Assembly (NCBI RefSeq): GCF_963921235.1
Contig: NC_086109.1
Span: 27,282,001-27,346,000, forward strand
From: Mobula hypostoma
Lineage: Eukaryota
Direction: 5' to 3'
Length of the DNA: 64,000 nucleotides
The translations under genes and the position numbers were made by a program. Below the pieces are notes generated by a model. That model saw only the letters and a program-made list of their open reading frames with translations, did no database searches and was not told where the DNA came from. Position 1 is the first letter of the stretch. Each line of letters starts with the position of its first letter. Positions 26,944 to 41,140 of the stretch are shown one piece after another.

Positions 26944-29900
26944 CCATTAGACCATAAGATATAGGAGCAGATGGAGGCCATTCAACCCATTGAGTCTGCT
27001 TCACCATTCAATCATGGGCTGGTCCAATTCTTCCAGGCATCCCCACTCCCCTGCCTTCTCCCAATACCGGTTGATGCCCTGGTTAATTAGGAACCTATCT
27101 ATCTCTGCCTTAATTACACCCAATGATGGACTCCATAGCTGCTCGTGACAACAAATTCCACAGATTTACCACCTTCTGACTAAAGTAATTTCTCTGCATC
27201 TCTGTTCTAAGTGGACGTCCTTCAATCCTGAAGTCATGCTCTCTTGTCCTAGACTTCTCTACCATGGAAAATAACTTTGCCATATCTAATCTGTTCAGGC
27301 CTTTTAACATTTGGAACGTTACTAAGAGATCCCCCCTCATTCCCCTGAACTCCAAAGAATACAGCCCAGGAGCTGCCAGGTGTTCCTCATACGGTAACCC
27401 TTTCATTCCTAGACTCATTCTCATGAATCTTCTCTGAACCCTCTACAATGTCAGTACATCCTTTCTAAAACAAGGAGTCCAAAACTGCACACAAAACTCC
27501 AAGTGTGATCTCACGAGTGCCTTATAGAGCTTCAATATCACCATATAACCATATAACAATTACAGCACGGAAACAAGCCATTTCGGCCCTTCTAGTCCAT
27601 GCCAAACTCTTACTCTCACCTAGTCCCACCAACCTGCACTCAGCCTATAACCCTGCATTCCTTTCCTGTCCATATAGCTGTCCAATTTAACTTTAAACAA
27701 AAACATCGAACCTGCCTCAACCACTTCTGCTGGAAGCTCATTCCACACAGCTACCACTCTCTGAGTAAAGAAGTTCCCCCTCAAGTTACCCCTAAACTTT
27801 TGCCCTTTAACTCTCAACTCATGTCCTCTTGTTTGAATCTCCCCCACTCTCAATGGAAAAAGCCTATTCACGTCAACACTATCTATCCCCCTCTTAATTT
27901 TAAATACCTCTATCAAGACCCCCTTAACCTTCTATGTTCCAAAGAATAAAGACTCAACTTGTTCAACCTATCTCTGTAACTTAGGTGATGAAACCCAGGC
28001 AACATTCTGGTAAATCTTCTCTGTACTCTCTCTATTTTGTTGACATCTTTCCTATAATTCCGTGACCAGAATTGTACACAATACTTCAAATTTGGTCTCA
28101 CCAATGCCTTGTACAATTTCAACATTACATCCCAACTCCTATACTCAATGCTCTGATTTATAAAGGCCAGCATACCAAAAGCTTTCTTCACCACCCTATC
28201 CACATGAGATTCCACCTTCAGGGAACTATGCACCATTATTCCTAGATCCCTCTGTTCCACTGCATTCTTCTATGCCCTACCATTTACCATGTGTGTCCTA
28301 TTTTGATTAGTCCTACCAAAATGTAGCACCTCACATTTATCAGCAAAAAACTCCATCTGCCATCTTTCAGCCCTATCTTCTAACTGGCCTGAATCTCTCT
28401 GCAAGCTTTCAAAACCTACTTCATTATCCACAAATCCACCTATCTTAGTATCACCTACGTACTTACTCATCCAATTTACCACCCCATAATCCAGATCATT
28501 AATGTATATGACAAATAACATTGGACCCAGTACAGATCCCTGAGGCCCACCACTAGTCACCGGCCTCCAACCTGACAAACAGTTATCCACCACTACCCTC
28601 TGGCGTCATCCATCCAGTCACTGCTGAATCCATTTTACTACTTCAATATTAATACGTAACGATTGAACCTTCCTAACCAATGTTCCGTGTGGGACCTTGT
28701 CAAAAGCCTTATTGAAGTCCATATAGACAACATCCACCGCTTTACCCTTGTCAACATTCCTAGTAACCTCTTCAAAAAATTCAATAAGATTTGTCAAACA
28801 CGACCTTCCCCACACAAATCCATGTTGACTGTTCCTAATCAGACCCTGTCTATCCAGATAATTATATATACCATCTCTAAGAATACTTTCCATCAATTTC
28901 CCCACCACTGACGTCAAACTCACGGACTGATAATTGCTAGGCTTACTCTTAGAACCCTTTTTAAACAATAGAACAACATGAGCAATACACCAATCCTCCG
29001 GCACCATCCCCGTTTCTAATGACATTTGAAATATTTCTGTCAGAGCCCCTGCTATTTCCACACTAACTTCCCTCAAGATCCTAGGGAATATTCCCGGAGA
29101 CTTATCCACTTTTATATTCCTTAAAAGCTGCAGTACTTCCTCTTCTTTAATCATCATAGTTTCCATAACTTCCCTACCTGTTTCCATTGTCTTACACAAT
29201 TCAATATCCTTCTCCTTAGTGAATACCGAAGAAATTGTTCAGAATCTCCCCCATCTCTTTTGGCTCCACACATAACTGTGCACTCTGATTCTCTAAGGGA
29301 CCAATTTTATCCCTCACTATCCTTTTGCTATTAATTTAACGGTAGAAACCCTTTGGATTTATTTTTACCTTACTTGCCAAAGCAACCTCGTATCTTCATT
29401 TAGCTTTTCTAATTTCTTTCTTAAGATTCTTTTTACATTCTTTATATTCCTCGAGCACCTCATTCACTCCATGCTGCCTGTATTTATTGTAGATATTTCT
29501 CTTTTTCCGAACCAAGTTTCCAATATCCGTTGAAAACCATGGTTCTCTCAAACTTTTAACCTTTCCTTTCAACCTAACAGGAACATAAAGATTCTATACT
29601 CTCAAAATTCCACCTTTAAATGACCTCCATTTCTCTATTACATTCTTCCCATGAAACAAATTGTCCCAATCCACTCCTTCTAAATCCTTTTGCATCTCCT
29701 CAAAGTTAGCCTTTCTCCAATCAAAAATCTCAACTCTGGGTCCAGAGCTATCCTTCTCCATAACTATATTGAAACTACTAGCATTGTGATCACTGGACCC
29801 AAAGTGCTCCCCAACACAAACATCCGTCACCTGACCGATCTCATTCCCTAACAGGAGATCCAACACTGCCCCTTCTCTCATTGGTACCTCTACTTATTGC

Positions 29901-32900
29901 TGCAAAAAACTATCCTGCACACATTTTACAAACTCCAAAACATCCAGCCCTTTTACATGGGCTTCCCAGTCTATGTGCAGAAAATTAAAATCTCCCACAA
30001 TCACAACCTTGTGCTTACTACAAATATCTGCTATCTCCTTACAAATTTGCTCCTCTAACTCTTGCTCTCCATTTGGTGGTCTATAATACACCCCCATATG
30101 AGTTACTACACCTTTCCCATTCGTCAATTCCACCCAAACAGCCTCCCTAGATGAGCCCTCTAATCTATCCTGCCAGAGCACCGCTGTAATATTTTCTCTG
30201 ACAAGCAATGCAACACCTCCCCCTCTTGTCCCTCCAATTCTATCACACCTGAAGCAATTAAATCCAGGAATATTTAGTTGCCACTCACACCCCTCCTGTA
30301 ACCATGTTTCACTAATAGCTATCACATCATACTTCCAGGTATCAATCCATGCTTTAAGCGCATCCACCTTTCTTATAATGCTCCTAGCATTAAGATAAAT
30401 GCATTTAAGAAATTTTCCACCTCTTACTCTCTGTTTATCACTAACGGTGCAAACAAGTTTACTATTTTCTTTTTCTTCTGTCTTCCCTGCATCTGTTCCT
30501 ACACTGTGGTTCCCCTCCCCCCTCATATCTAGTTTAGATCCACTGGAGCCTCTCTAGCAAACCTACCTGCAAGAATATTTGTCCCCTTCCAGTTCAGATA
30601 TAGACTGTCACATCCCTGCTCTTATATTCTATACCTTTAGAAATGAATGCCAACATTGCATTTGCCTTCTTCACCACCGACTCAATCTGGAGGTTAACCT
30701 TTAGGGTATCCTGCACAAGGACTCCCAAGTCCCTTTGCATCTCTGCATTTTCAGTTCTCTCCCCATTTAAATAATAGTCTGCCTGTTTATGTCTTCCACC
30801 AAAGTGCATGACCATACACTTTTCAACATTGTATTTCATTTACCACTTCTTTGCCCATTCCCCTAAACTATCTAAGTCTCTCTGCAGGCTCTCCATTCCC
30901 TCAACACTACCCGCTCCTCCACGTATCATTGTATCATTGGCAAATTTAGCCACAATTCCATTAATCCCTTAGTCCAATTCATTGACATACATCGTAAAAG
31001 GCAATGGTCCCAACATCGACCCCTGTGGAAATCCACTGGTAACCGGCAGTCAGCCAGAATAGGATCCCTTTATTCCCACTTTCTGTTTTCTGCTGACTAG
31101 CCAATGCTCCATCCATGCTATTAACTCCCCTGTAATTCCATGGGCTCTTATCTTGCTAAGCAGCCTCATGTGTGGCACCTTGTGAAAGGCCTTGTGAAAA
31201 TCCAAGTACAGCACATCTATTTCATTTCCTTTGTCTACCCTGCTTGTAATTTACTCAAAAAATTGCAGTAGGTTAGTCGGGCAGGACTTTCCTTTCAGGA
31301 AACCATGCTGTCTTTGGCCTATCTTGTCATGTCCTCCAGGTATTCTTTAATCTCATCCCTAACAATCGATTCCAACAACTTCCCAACCACTGATGTCAGG
31401 CTAACAGGTCTATAGTTTCCTTTCTGCTGCCTCCCACCCTTCTTAAATAGTGGAGTAACATTTGCAATTTTCCAGTCATCCGGTACAATGCCAGAATCTA
31501 TCGATTCTTGAAAGATCATTGTTAATGCCTCCGCAATTTCTCTAGCTACTTCCTTCAGAACCCGATGGTGCATTCCATCAGGTCCTGGACATTTATTCAC
31601 CTGCAGACCATTAAGCTTCCTGAGCACCTTCTCAGTCGTAATTTTCACTGCATATACTTCACTTCCCTGACACTCTTGAATGTCTGGTATACTGCAGATG
31701 TCTTCCACTGTGAAGACTGATGCAAAAGATGCATACATCTCCTCTGCCATCTCTGCATCTCTCATTACAATATCTCCAGCATCATTTTCTATTGGTTCTG
31801 TATCTACCCTCGACTCTCTTTTAGTCCTTATATACTTAAAAAAGCTTTTAGTATCTTCTTTAATAGTAGTCGCCAGCTTCCTTTCATAATTCATCTTTTC
31901 CTTCCTAATGACCTTCTTAGTTTCCTTCTGCAAGTTTTTTAAAGTTTCCCAATCCTCTATCTTCCCACTAGCCTTGGCTTCCTTGTATGGCTTCTCTTTT
32001 TCTTTTACTTTGGATCTGACTTCACTTGTCAGCCACAGTAGTGTCCTTCTTCTTGTTTGGAATACATCTGTCTTGTACTTCCCTCATTTTTCACAGAAAC
32101 TCCAGCCATTGCTACTCTGCTGTCCTTCCTGCTAGTGTCCCTTTCCAGTCAACCTTGGCCAGTTCCCCTCTGATGCCATTGTAATTTCCTTTATTCCACT
32201 GAAATACCGACACATCGGATTTTAGTTTCTCCTTCTCAGATTTCAAAGTGAACTTGATCATATTGTGATTACTGACCTTAAGCTCTCTTATCACCTCCGA
32301 ATCATTGCACAACACCCAATCTAGCACAACCAATCCCCTAGTGGGTTCAACAACAAGCTTTTCTAAAAAGCCATCCCTTAGACATTCTAAAAATTCTCTT
32401 TCTTGAGGTCCAGTACTGGCCTGGTTTTTCCAATCCACTTTCATGCTAAAATCTCCAACGATTACCATGACATTGCCCTTCTGACATGCCTTCCTGATGT
32501 AATTTGCAATCCCCATCCCGGCTGCTGTTTGGAGGCCTGTATACAACTGCCATTAGGGTCCCTTTACCCTTGCTATTTCTTAACTCAACCCACAGAGACT
32601 CTACACCGTCCAATCCTATGTCATTCCTTTCTAATGATTTAATATTATTTCTTATACACAGGGCCACGCCATCCCCTCTGCCTACTAACCTATCTTTCCG
32701 ATACACCGCATATCCTCGGACATTCAACTCTCAATGGTAGCCAAGTTCCGAGATGGCCACAATGTCATACTTTTCAATCTGTAGCTGAATTTCAAGATCG
32801 TCCATTTTATTTCTTATGCTGCGTGCATTCAAATACAACACTTCCAGTCGAGTATTTGTTGCTTTCTGTTTTAACTGCACCACGCCTCTATTGCCCTGTA

Positions 32901-32935
32901 ACTCATCCCACTGGCTGTGAGTATGCCTCATCTCC
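26944..32935 (-). mobile_element. Outer CR1 LINE (26944-27540 plus 30607-32935), endonuclease plus RT, split by an inner CR1
   Basis: LYLNARSIRNK at the ORF2 start (about 32830); RT motifs at 31319..31933 and 30594..30839; the 3' part resumes at 27540 and ends in an accataaga-type tail. Confidence 0.9.
27541..30598 (-). mobile_element. Inner CR1 LINE, nearly complete ORF2 (about 3.06 kb)
   Basis: ORFs 29894..30526 (APE: YLNARS, SETWL, GDFN), 29594..29881 (SDHN), 28618..29199, 28270..28593, 27913..28260, 27620..27916; (CCATATAA)n tail; stops and frameshifts between ORFs. Confidence 0.93.
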
Positions 32936-33431
32936 TATTTTAAATACATTATATTTGAACTATTGAAATATTTCTAACCAAAAGGCTTTTGGACTCCTTT
33001 TGATGAGTCTGAAGGCAAATTCATAACTCATGGTCCATTTTGCTTTGCAGAACAGCCATTACAGCAAGCCCAGTGTGATCCAGCTCAATGTGTATCTATT
33101 CCTATAATGTTAATAGATTGTATTGGGAATTGCTGTGGCCAGTATTTTCTGCTGTATGTATTGGATAAAATCCAGCCTGCAAGCAACACAAATTCTGAGA
33201 GAATCTTATTTGACAAAAGTAAATCTAGTACATTAGCCAAACCTCTGGGGGCAGTTACAAGGGTTGCTTCACAATAAATTGAAAAAGATTTCCTGATAAA
33301 AGTAGCAACTCTGTTTCACTCTCTCCACAGGAGTTGCCTGACATTGTACTTCTTGCATTTTCAATTTTTATTTCAGTTTTCCAGCTTTCACACAGTTTTG
33401 ATTTTGCAGAGGATTGTCCTGCTTCATGATA

Positions 33432-34405
33432 CAGGTTAATTGGGCCATCGGTTAATCGGCTCAGCTGTTTATTTGGGCCAAATTTTAAGGAATAAAATCT
33501 AATCACAAAAATAGCTGGGATTTCCCTTGTTTATTTGTGCCACTATGACATTTAATTGGGACAGCAGACTGCTGCCAAAGAGTTTCTAACTAATATCAGT
33601 TGTATGCACTTGTGCGACCGTTAGATGCTACACCATGCTTAGAGTGAACAAACTTTAAATAGTGTTTGCTGTGTGTGTTTGTTTTCAAAAAAGAGTGATT
33701 TTTGTCACTAAAACTGGCAAGAAATAAGCAGTAAGACAATTCAAACTGTTTTGCCCACTGCAGTTTTAAGCATTTAGGCTTGGAGATTTGAGAAATAGTC
33801 GGGAGTGAAAATGAAATCATTTCACCTCTTTAACAATTTAGGAATTACAAAGAATTTTAAGGTATCAACAATCATCTTGAATGTTACAATGGAAATGAAG
33901 ATTTGGAAGGCGCAACAGTTTCTAACTAAAGCCACTTGTGTTCATTGTGTGGCTGTTAGACACTATGCCGTGCCTCGAATGAATAGTTTTAAAATAACAT
34001 CAGTTACACATGCTTGCATTATGCTGTTCATTTGGACTGACTGGCATTGAAATAACAAGCAGTAATTTTTGACATTACTTCATGCAGGAAGATAAGGAAG
34101 GTAGTCCATTATCTGCACAGATTTTGTTCATTTACAGTCAATTAAAAGAACACGGCAGCATACACATGATGAATTACTCCATCAATAACTATTAGGAATT
34201 AATACACAGTTTTATAGTACGGTATTAATATTGGTAGTGTTATATTTTGTTCTGTATTTCATTTAAGTACATAATTGTTACTCAGTTAAATGGTAGTTTG
34301 TCAATTTTAAACTAATTCAATGAAACTTCAGCTATTTGAGGCAGCCACTTAATTGGGCCAAAATGGACTGGTCCTGAATGTGTCCCAGTTAACTGGAATC
34401 CACTG
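33432..34405. mobile_element. pogo/Tigger-like non-autonomous DNA transposon
   Basis: TA|CAG...CTG|TA ends. The right TIR reverse-complements to CAGTGGATTCCAGTTAACTGGG; the left end is CAGGTTAATTGGG. Repeated subterminal taattggg motifs. Confidence 0.7.
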
Positions 34406-34704
34406 TATTTTTTTTTGGTACCTATTAAATATTGTCTTCTCTCCTCATTGTGCACTGCAAGCAAATGGATGAATTTTTGATTTGCTGAGGAGATATCCAA
34501 ATAATTGAAGCTAACCTGAGATGTCTTAGTAATTCGTATGATATCAGAGGGTACTGTCAGCACACTCTGTCCTCTGCACATTACAAATGCCCACCTTAGA
34601 GGACACACTGTACATATTAATAAATGTTTCAAGTATCTAACTTACAGACACATCATGCATAAAAATAAGTATTTGGGAGACTGGTAGGATGGCTGGGGAT
34701 GGAC

Positions 34705-35090
34705 TTCAAGTTCAAGTTTATTGTCATTCAACCATGTACACGGCCAAATGAAGCAATATTCCTCCAGACCAAGTGTGCACAACACATAAGATAATATTAC
34801 CATAAGGTCAAAAAATAAACAGTGTAATGCAACTGGTGTTTCATACGTGGCAGGGAGTTTAGTAGTCTCACGCCTAGGGGGAGAAGCTGTTTCTCATCCT
34901 AACAATCCTTGTCTTTATCCTATGGTACCCTCTGCTTGATGGTAGGGGATCCAAGAGATTGAGGGACGGATAGGAGGAATCATTGACAATGCTAAGGGCC
35001 CCTCGTATGCAGCGCTCTTCATAATTATCTTGGATGGGTGGAAGCGAGACCCTGATGATCCTCTCAGCAGTCCTTACAATCCTTTGTGGG
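34705..35090 (-). mobile_element. Rex1/Babar-like LINE 3' fragment
   Basis: QRIVRTAERII..LPSSRGY..RNSFSP (ORF 34874..35143); ttcaagttcaagtttattg tail. Confidence 0.8.
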
Positions 35091-35094
35091 GTAA

Positions 35095-35432
35095 CTGCTG
35101 GTACCTTGTTTCCAGGGTTAAAATGTCTAATACCACAGGGCATGTATTTAAGGTAAGTGCAGGTAACTTCAAAGGAGATACCTGGGGCTGTTTTATTTTT
35201 ACAGAGTAGTAAGTCCCTGGGGTGGTGGTGGAGACAAATATGATAGAAGTGTTAAACTGTTAAAGAGACTCTTGGAAAGGCAGGCAAGGCAAATGTGCAG
35301 GAAATGGAAGGTCAGAGGCATTGTGCAGGTAGATGGGATTAGTGTATTGGGCACATGATTAATATAATCAGTTCAGCACACCATTGTGGGTTGAAGGAGC
35401 TGTTCCTGTGCTGTACCACTCTATAATCTATG
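35095..35432 (+). mobile_element. CR1 LINE 3' fragment
   Basis: TTGHVFKV and ttttacagagtagt remnants; 3' UTR cctgtgctgtac. Confidence 0.7.
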
Positions 35433-37339
35433 GCTTGCAGCTGCTGTGGGGCTGCAGGCATCTTCTGATGGTTGGTGATGGGCATTTCTGCAAACCTTCT
35501 TTTCCCACACCTCTCTCCAACCCTGAGCCATAACAATTGGGCACTGGCTGAGCCGAGCAGAGTGAGGAGCACTGAGCAGAGTCCTTGATCACTCACTGAG
35601 ACAATGACTCACTGATTCACTCAATAATTTCCACTCAGGAGGGAAATTTTATTTATGATAGGTATCTCCAGATCTAATATGCTAACACACAACAGCCCTC
35701 TGAATGGCTTAAGAAGCCAATTAGTTTAAAGACTATTAAAAACAAACACTATCCCATATCCCACAAACATGCTAAAGTTGTTCACATCCACCAAAACACA
35801 GGTGGACGATTCATCTTACATCACTCCGACTTGCGCTTCTGGAGAACTTTGGCCAGTTATTTATCTTGGGAACTTTTTTCTTCATTCTCACACCTGCTCC
35901 TCATTTGAAGGCAGAAAGATGTAAAAGGAGTTAGCGAATGGGGCCCCAGTGGAACATGGGAGTCTGGGCTCCATTGAGTTTTAAGGAAGCACAGAGAAGG
36001 AAATTAGGTGAGCCATATGCTGAGCAACTGTGACTTAAGAAGTGGATTATCAGATTTTATCTGGAGCTTTATTGCTGCAGAATGCCAGGGTCCTGACATC
36101 GGGTGCTGTCTGCATAACTTTACATGTTCCTCTGTGACTGTGTATCCTTCACACCTAGATGTTTTGGTTTACTTCCACGTCTCAAAGATGTTCTGGCTAC
36201 TTCTAGGTTAATTAGGTAAAATATCCCTAGAATTGGGGTGGGGTAGAGTTGATGGATAAATGAGAAAGTCAGATGACAGGGGTGTAACAGAGGAATGGGA
36301 TTGATGAAATTGTTCTGAGCGCTAGCATCGATTTAATTGGCCGAATGTTTCCAATGTCCTAAGGTAATATGAAAAAATGTGATTCCAAGGACAAGTTCTT
36401 TAGAGTCTAATTATTTAAACCGAAATGATGATTTTGCTTTTGTATTTGTCCTTCAAGCAGCAGGGAACACCAACAGACCTACAAAAGTGCAGTAGCACGC
36501 TCAAAAACATAGTTTTCATATTGGGAAATAACGCAGGTAAATGATTTCAGTATTGTTTTCAAACTGGAAGCTCACAGGTTAAAATTAGAAAAGTGACTTC
36601 TCATTTAAAGATTCAGTTCAAATGGCTGCACTCGAATAGGTATTGTGACTGATTGAGCTCTTCACCATTGTACTTATTATGATAATCATATTTGCTGATT
36701 TGCTGAAATATTGGGAACAGTAATGGCAAATTCCTACTCCGAGTTTCATCATCAGAGGACGTATGTCATTATAAACAAATACTTTCATGTCATAGCTGAG
36801 CGATGTATTAGTATCAAGTTACTAGAAATTTTAATTCATATTACTAGATGAATGTGTGTGCACAACGAGAGATCATTTCTGGGGAATGGAACACCACGTC
36901 AATTCTTGTCAGTGATTGTCATCAAGCACTTCCAACTCTGAGACAAATGTGAGGAAGACTGCACTCTACCCAAATAATATCACTTTATAATGTTACATCA
37001 CGGATACAAAACAAGGAATTGGTTCTGGAAATGAATGCATACTTCCAGAAATGCAAGACTAACTTTTGTGATTCGAGCAACAAATTAACAGCCAAGAGTC
37101 TAATCCATTAGGATGGCTGCAAACATATTCCACAGTTTATACACCCTTATACTTCAACACCTTTACCTCAACATTAAAAAAAATTCAGCTAATGCCCAGC
37201 AATCTAAACATCAAACCTGGACATAAGTTCAAATCTCACCATGGCTACATGAGAATTTAAATTGAATTAAACTTTAAACTGAAGCCAAAACTTTCATTAG
37301 TAATGTGGAACCAATTTAAATAAAAAAAACACTTATATA

Positions 37340-37650
37340 GAAGTAGAGAGTCATATTGCACTACAGTTCAGAAGCAAGCCCTTCAGTACATGCCAAGTAT
37401 CATTGACCTGCACCTGGAACATGGCTTTCTATACTTCCCAATCCATGTACTTATCCAAACTTCTCTTAAGTATTGCAATCAATCCTGCATCCACCACTTC
37501 TGCTGGCAGATTATTCCACACTCGCAACACCCCCTGAGTGAAGAAGCTCCCTCTGTGGTTTTTCTTATATATTTCACCTTTTACCTTCTACCTATTGGTT
37601 AACCTGGTTGTAGTCTCATGAACCTCACTGGGAAAAATAGTTCACTAATA
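37340..37650 (-). mobile_element. CR1 LINE 3' fragment
   Basis: ctggcagattattccacactcgcaacaccccctgagtgaagaa is the reverse complement of the FTQRVV..WN region. Confidence 0.7.
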
Positions 37651-37869
37651 TCTCTATGTTCTAGATTTGATTTCTTACCCACTAGAACTGCTGGCTCTCT
37701 GAAATAACACAAGGAAACTAAGAAAGAATGATCATTGGTTGACTGAGTGGGCAAAGATCTGACAAATGTGTGAAATACGAGTTGTTGTCCATTTTGGCAG
37801 CAAATGTGGTCTATTATTTAATTAGTGAGCAATTGCAGAACTGTCTTGGCAGCCGGGTCAATGATTTAT

Positions 37870-39110
37870 CATTACTGAAGTGAAATACTCTAGGTGCTGG
37901 AAATGGTTTCCAGTTTCCTGGTGCCAAACTGCTCAACTTATATCTGGAAGTTCAGTCCCTATGCACTTCCACACCATACCAGCATGATCTAAGGGCCCTT
38001 CAATTTTTCTTGCAAAGAGGCCCAGCCTTCAATCACAACGCTCATCAACTGGCTGAACTTATTCTTACACAAAATAACCTTGCTCACGATTCTACCTGTT
38101 TTCTTTTTCCAAATTTGTGGTGTAGCTCTACGTATTTGCATAGTCCCAAATTATGCCTGCTCTTTTATAGGATATGTAGATTGTGCTTGTTTCAGTCTTA
38201 TTTTGATCCTCCAACTCAACTATTTTTTTCTTTGCATTGATGACTATCAGTGCTACTTCCTGCATTTATCATGGAACTCAAGAAGTTTATTACATTTGCT
38301 GCATTTTTACTTTTTAAATAGTCCATATCTGATTCTTCCCTTCCTTTTTCTGACACATTTACTTCCATCCCAGAGAACAAGTAATGATTTTAACCATTAT
38401 AAATGCATAAGATCCCATTGCTATCTCAACTCCAATTCCTCCCACTCTGCGTCCTGTCAGGACTTTATTCCATTTTCCAAGTTTTGTTCCATCTCAACTG
38501 TCCTAATAATGAGATATTCCACACCAGTGCTTTCAAGATGCATTATTTCAACTCCCCTTTCATACTTGACGGTCATAACCAGGTTTCCTCATCAGTACTC
38601 ATCAGGAAATTCGTACACCTGATGCGGTCTTACCAATGCCTTATGCTTCTGAAAAAACCCTCCCTACTTTGTACTTAATTCCTCTTGCAATAAACAACAT
38701 TCTCCAGAAAATTCTGAAAGCACTGAACAGTTAAAACAGCACAAGTTATGAGAGAAATGGAACTGGTATCTCAGGCCAGGACCAGTAAAACGTGAATACA
38801 AGTGTGAAATCAGCCAACTGAAGACAAAAGAAGAACAAAAGAAACAAATTGAAACAGAAAGGGAGATAAATCAATGGAGAAGGGAACATATGCATAGTCA
38901 TCTTAAAATCAAATCTCTTGGACTTCAACGTGTCAAATCAGAAAGTAACGTGCTCTTCTTTGAATTTATATTGGACATAACAGAGGAGGCTAAAGACAGA
39001 ATAGGAGTGATAGTGAGACGGGGAACTGAAGTACAGGAGACTGAAGGTTCAGTGTTGGACTTGCAAACGGAGTGGAGATGTTCAGCAAAGTGACCACACA
39101 TTATAGAGAA
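37870..39110. mobile_element. Penelope-like remnants (RT fragment on plus, GIY-YIG fragment on minus)
   Basis: PNYACSFIGYV and CIDDY (RT catalytic region), SHCYLNSNSSH..DFIPFSKF; minus-strand EEHVTF remnant near 38940-38960. Confidence 0.6.
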
Positions 39111-39544
39111 GACTATATTAAGAGTACTGAATTGGAAGCAAAAATCTGCATTGTGGGGGGTGGGAGGGGTTGGAATTCTTTAGGTCACCAGATCACAGCA
39201 ATAGAGTATGAAATGATTGGTATTACATCTCCTGCAGCTGCAAGGGAAGATGCAGGAAAAAAATAGAGTAGTTGTTGGGGTGAAAGAGTGGACCACGAAG
39301 TAGCAAAGGGAAAAATCCCTTTCGAAAGCTGAAATGTGAGACGAAAGGAAGATGTACCTAACTGTGAAATCCTGCTGAAGGCAGACATTATGGTGAATAG
39401 TATAAGAATTTTTTTTATAGTTACCATGGATTTAATTTAAATCAGCTATGATTGAATGGCGGATAGACTCAGTGAGCTCAATGGTTTAATTCTGCTCCTG
39501 TAACTTAAAATCTTATGGTCTTATACTTCATTGAATATGGTGGT

Positions 39545-40420
39545 TGTGCAGAACCTGGATGTGAGGACAAGATATACCAGCTGGATGAGTGGTATTGCAG
39601 CAACAAATTTGCACTGAACATCAGTAAGACCAAAGAACTGATTGTGGATGTCGGAAAGGGTAAGATGAGGGATCACACACCAGTCCTCATAGAAGTGGAC
39701 AGAATGAGCACATTTTTCAAGTTCCTAGGTGTCAATATCTCTGATAACCTAACCTGGACCCAACATATCAATGCAGCTATAAAGAAGGCAAGATAAAAGC
39801 TATATTTCATCAGGAGTTTGAGGAGATCTGGCATGTCACCAAAAACATTTGTAATTTTCTACAGATGTACCGTGGAGAGCATTCTAACTGGCTGCATCAC
39901 CGTCTGGTTTTGGGGGGAGGGGGGCTACTGCACAGAATCAAAGAAAGCTGTAGAGATTTGTAAAATTAGCTAGCTCAATCATAGGCAATAGCCTGCGTAG
40001 CATGCAGGTCATCCTCAAGGTGCGGTGCCCCAGGAAGGTGGTGTCCATCATCAAGGACACCCACCACCCAGGACATCTTATTGCTACCATCAGGAAGGAG
40101 GTACAGAAGCCTGAAGGTACACATTCAATGATTCAGGAACAGCTTCTTCCCCTCTGCCATTTGATTTCTGAATGGGCATTGAGTACATGAACATTATCTC
40201 ACTACTATTTTTCATTTCCTATTTCTGCACTACTTACTTAATTTAACTGCAGTATATATATACACACACACACACACATACATAAACACACATATACACA
40301 CAGTACTGTAATTCATAGTTTTCTTTTTCTCTCGATTATCCTGTATTGCATTGTACTGCTGCCACAAAGTTAACAAGTTTCAAGATCTATGTCGGTGACA
40401 TTAAGCCTGATTCTGATACT
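39545..40420 (+). mobile_element. Rex1/Babar-like LINE 3' fragment with internal TA/CA microsatellite
   Basis: LNISKTKELIVD, FKFLGVNISDNLTW and FYRCTVESIL motifs; ctgattctgat tail. Confidence 0.85.
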
Positions 40421-40575
40421 TAACAAAGGATGCAAAATCATTAGTAGTAGTTTTATGTAAGTTTATCCGACCAAACCTAAAATGGTGGCTGAGGGATGTT
40501 GCCTCATGAAAAAAATATTAGATAAAGTTGAGTCTACTAGAGTTTGGAAGAATGTAAAGCAACTCGATTGAAATA

Positions 40576-41140
40576 CACTCACTGGCCACTTTATAAGTTA
40601 CACCTGTACATCTGCTCTTTAATTCAAATATCTAAACAACCAATCATATGGCAGCAACATAATGCATAAAAGCATGCGAACATGGTCAAGAGGTTCAGTT
40701 GTTGCTTAGACATCAGAATGGGGAAGAAATGTGATCTAAGTGACATGGACCATAGAATAATTGTTGGTGCCAGACAGGGTGGTTTGAGTACCTCAGAATC
40801 TGCTGATCTCCTGTGATTTTCACACACAACAGACTCTAGAATTCACAATGAATGGTGTGCAAAATGGAAAAAAAAATACAGGCCCCAGAAGTTCTGTGGG
40901 TGAAAATGCCTTGTTACTGAGAGAGGTCAGTGGAGAATGGCCAGACTGATTCAAGCTGGCAGGAGGGAAACAGTAACTCAAATAACTACGTATTACAAAA
41001 TGGGTGCAGAAGGGTACCCTTGAATCCCCAGTGTGTCGAGCCTTGAAGTGGATGGGCTGCAGCAGCAGAAGACAACAACCATACACACAGCGGCCACCTT
41101 ATTAAGTAGAGGAGGCACCTAATAAAGAGGCCACTGAGTG
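40576..41140 (+). mobile_element. Non-autonomous Tc1/mariner element (565 bp) inside a CR1 fragment
   Basis: TA|CACTCACTGGCCACTTTATAAG ... CTAATAAAGAGGCCACTGAGTG|TA; MGKKCDLSD..IIVGAR HTH-type N-terminus; no DDE domain. Confidence 0.88.

Noticed and set aside
20721..32935. Clustered reverse transcriptase and endonuclease ORFs as a possible novel RT system or active LINE
   Set aside because: All are CR1 ORF2 fragments with stops, frameshifts and typical tails. None is intact, and there is no retron, DGR or other prokaryotic context.
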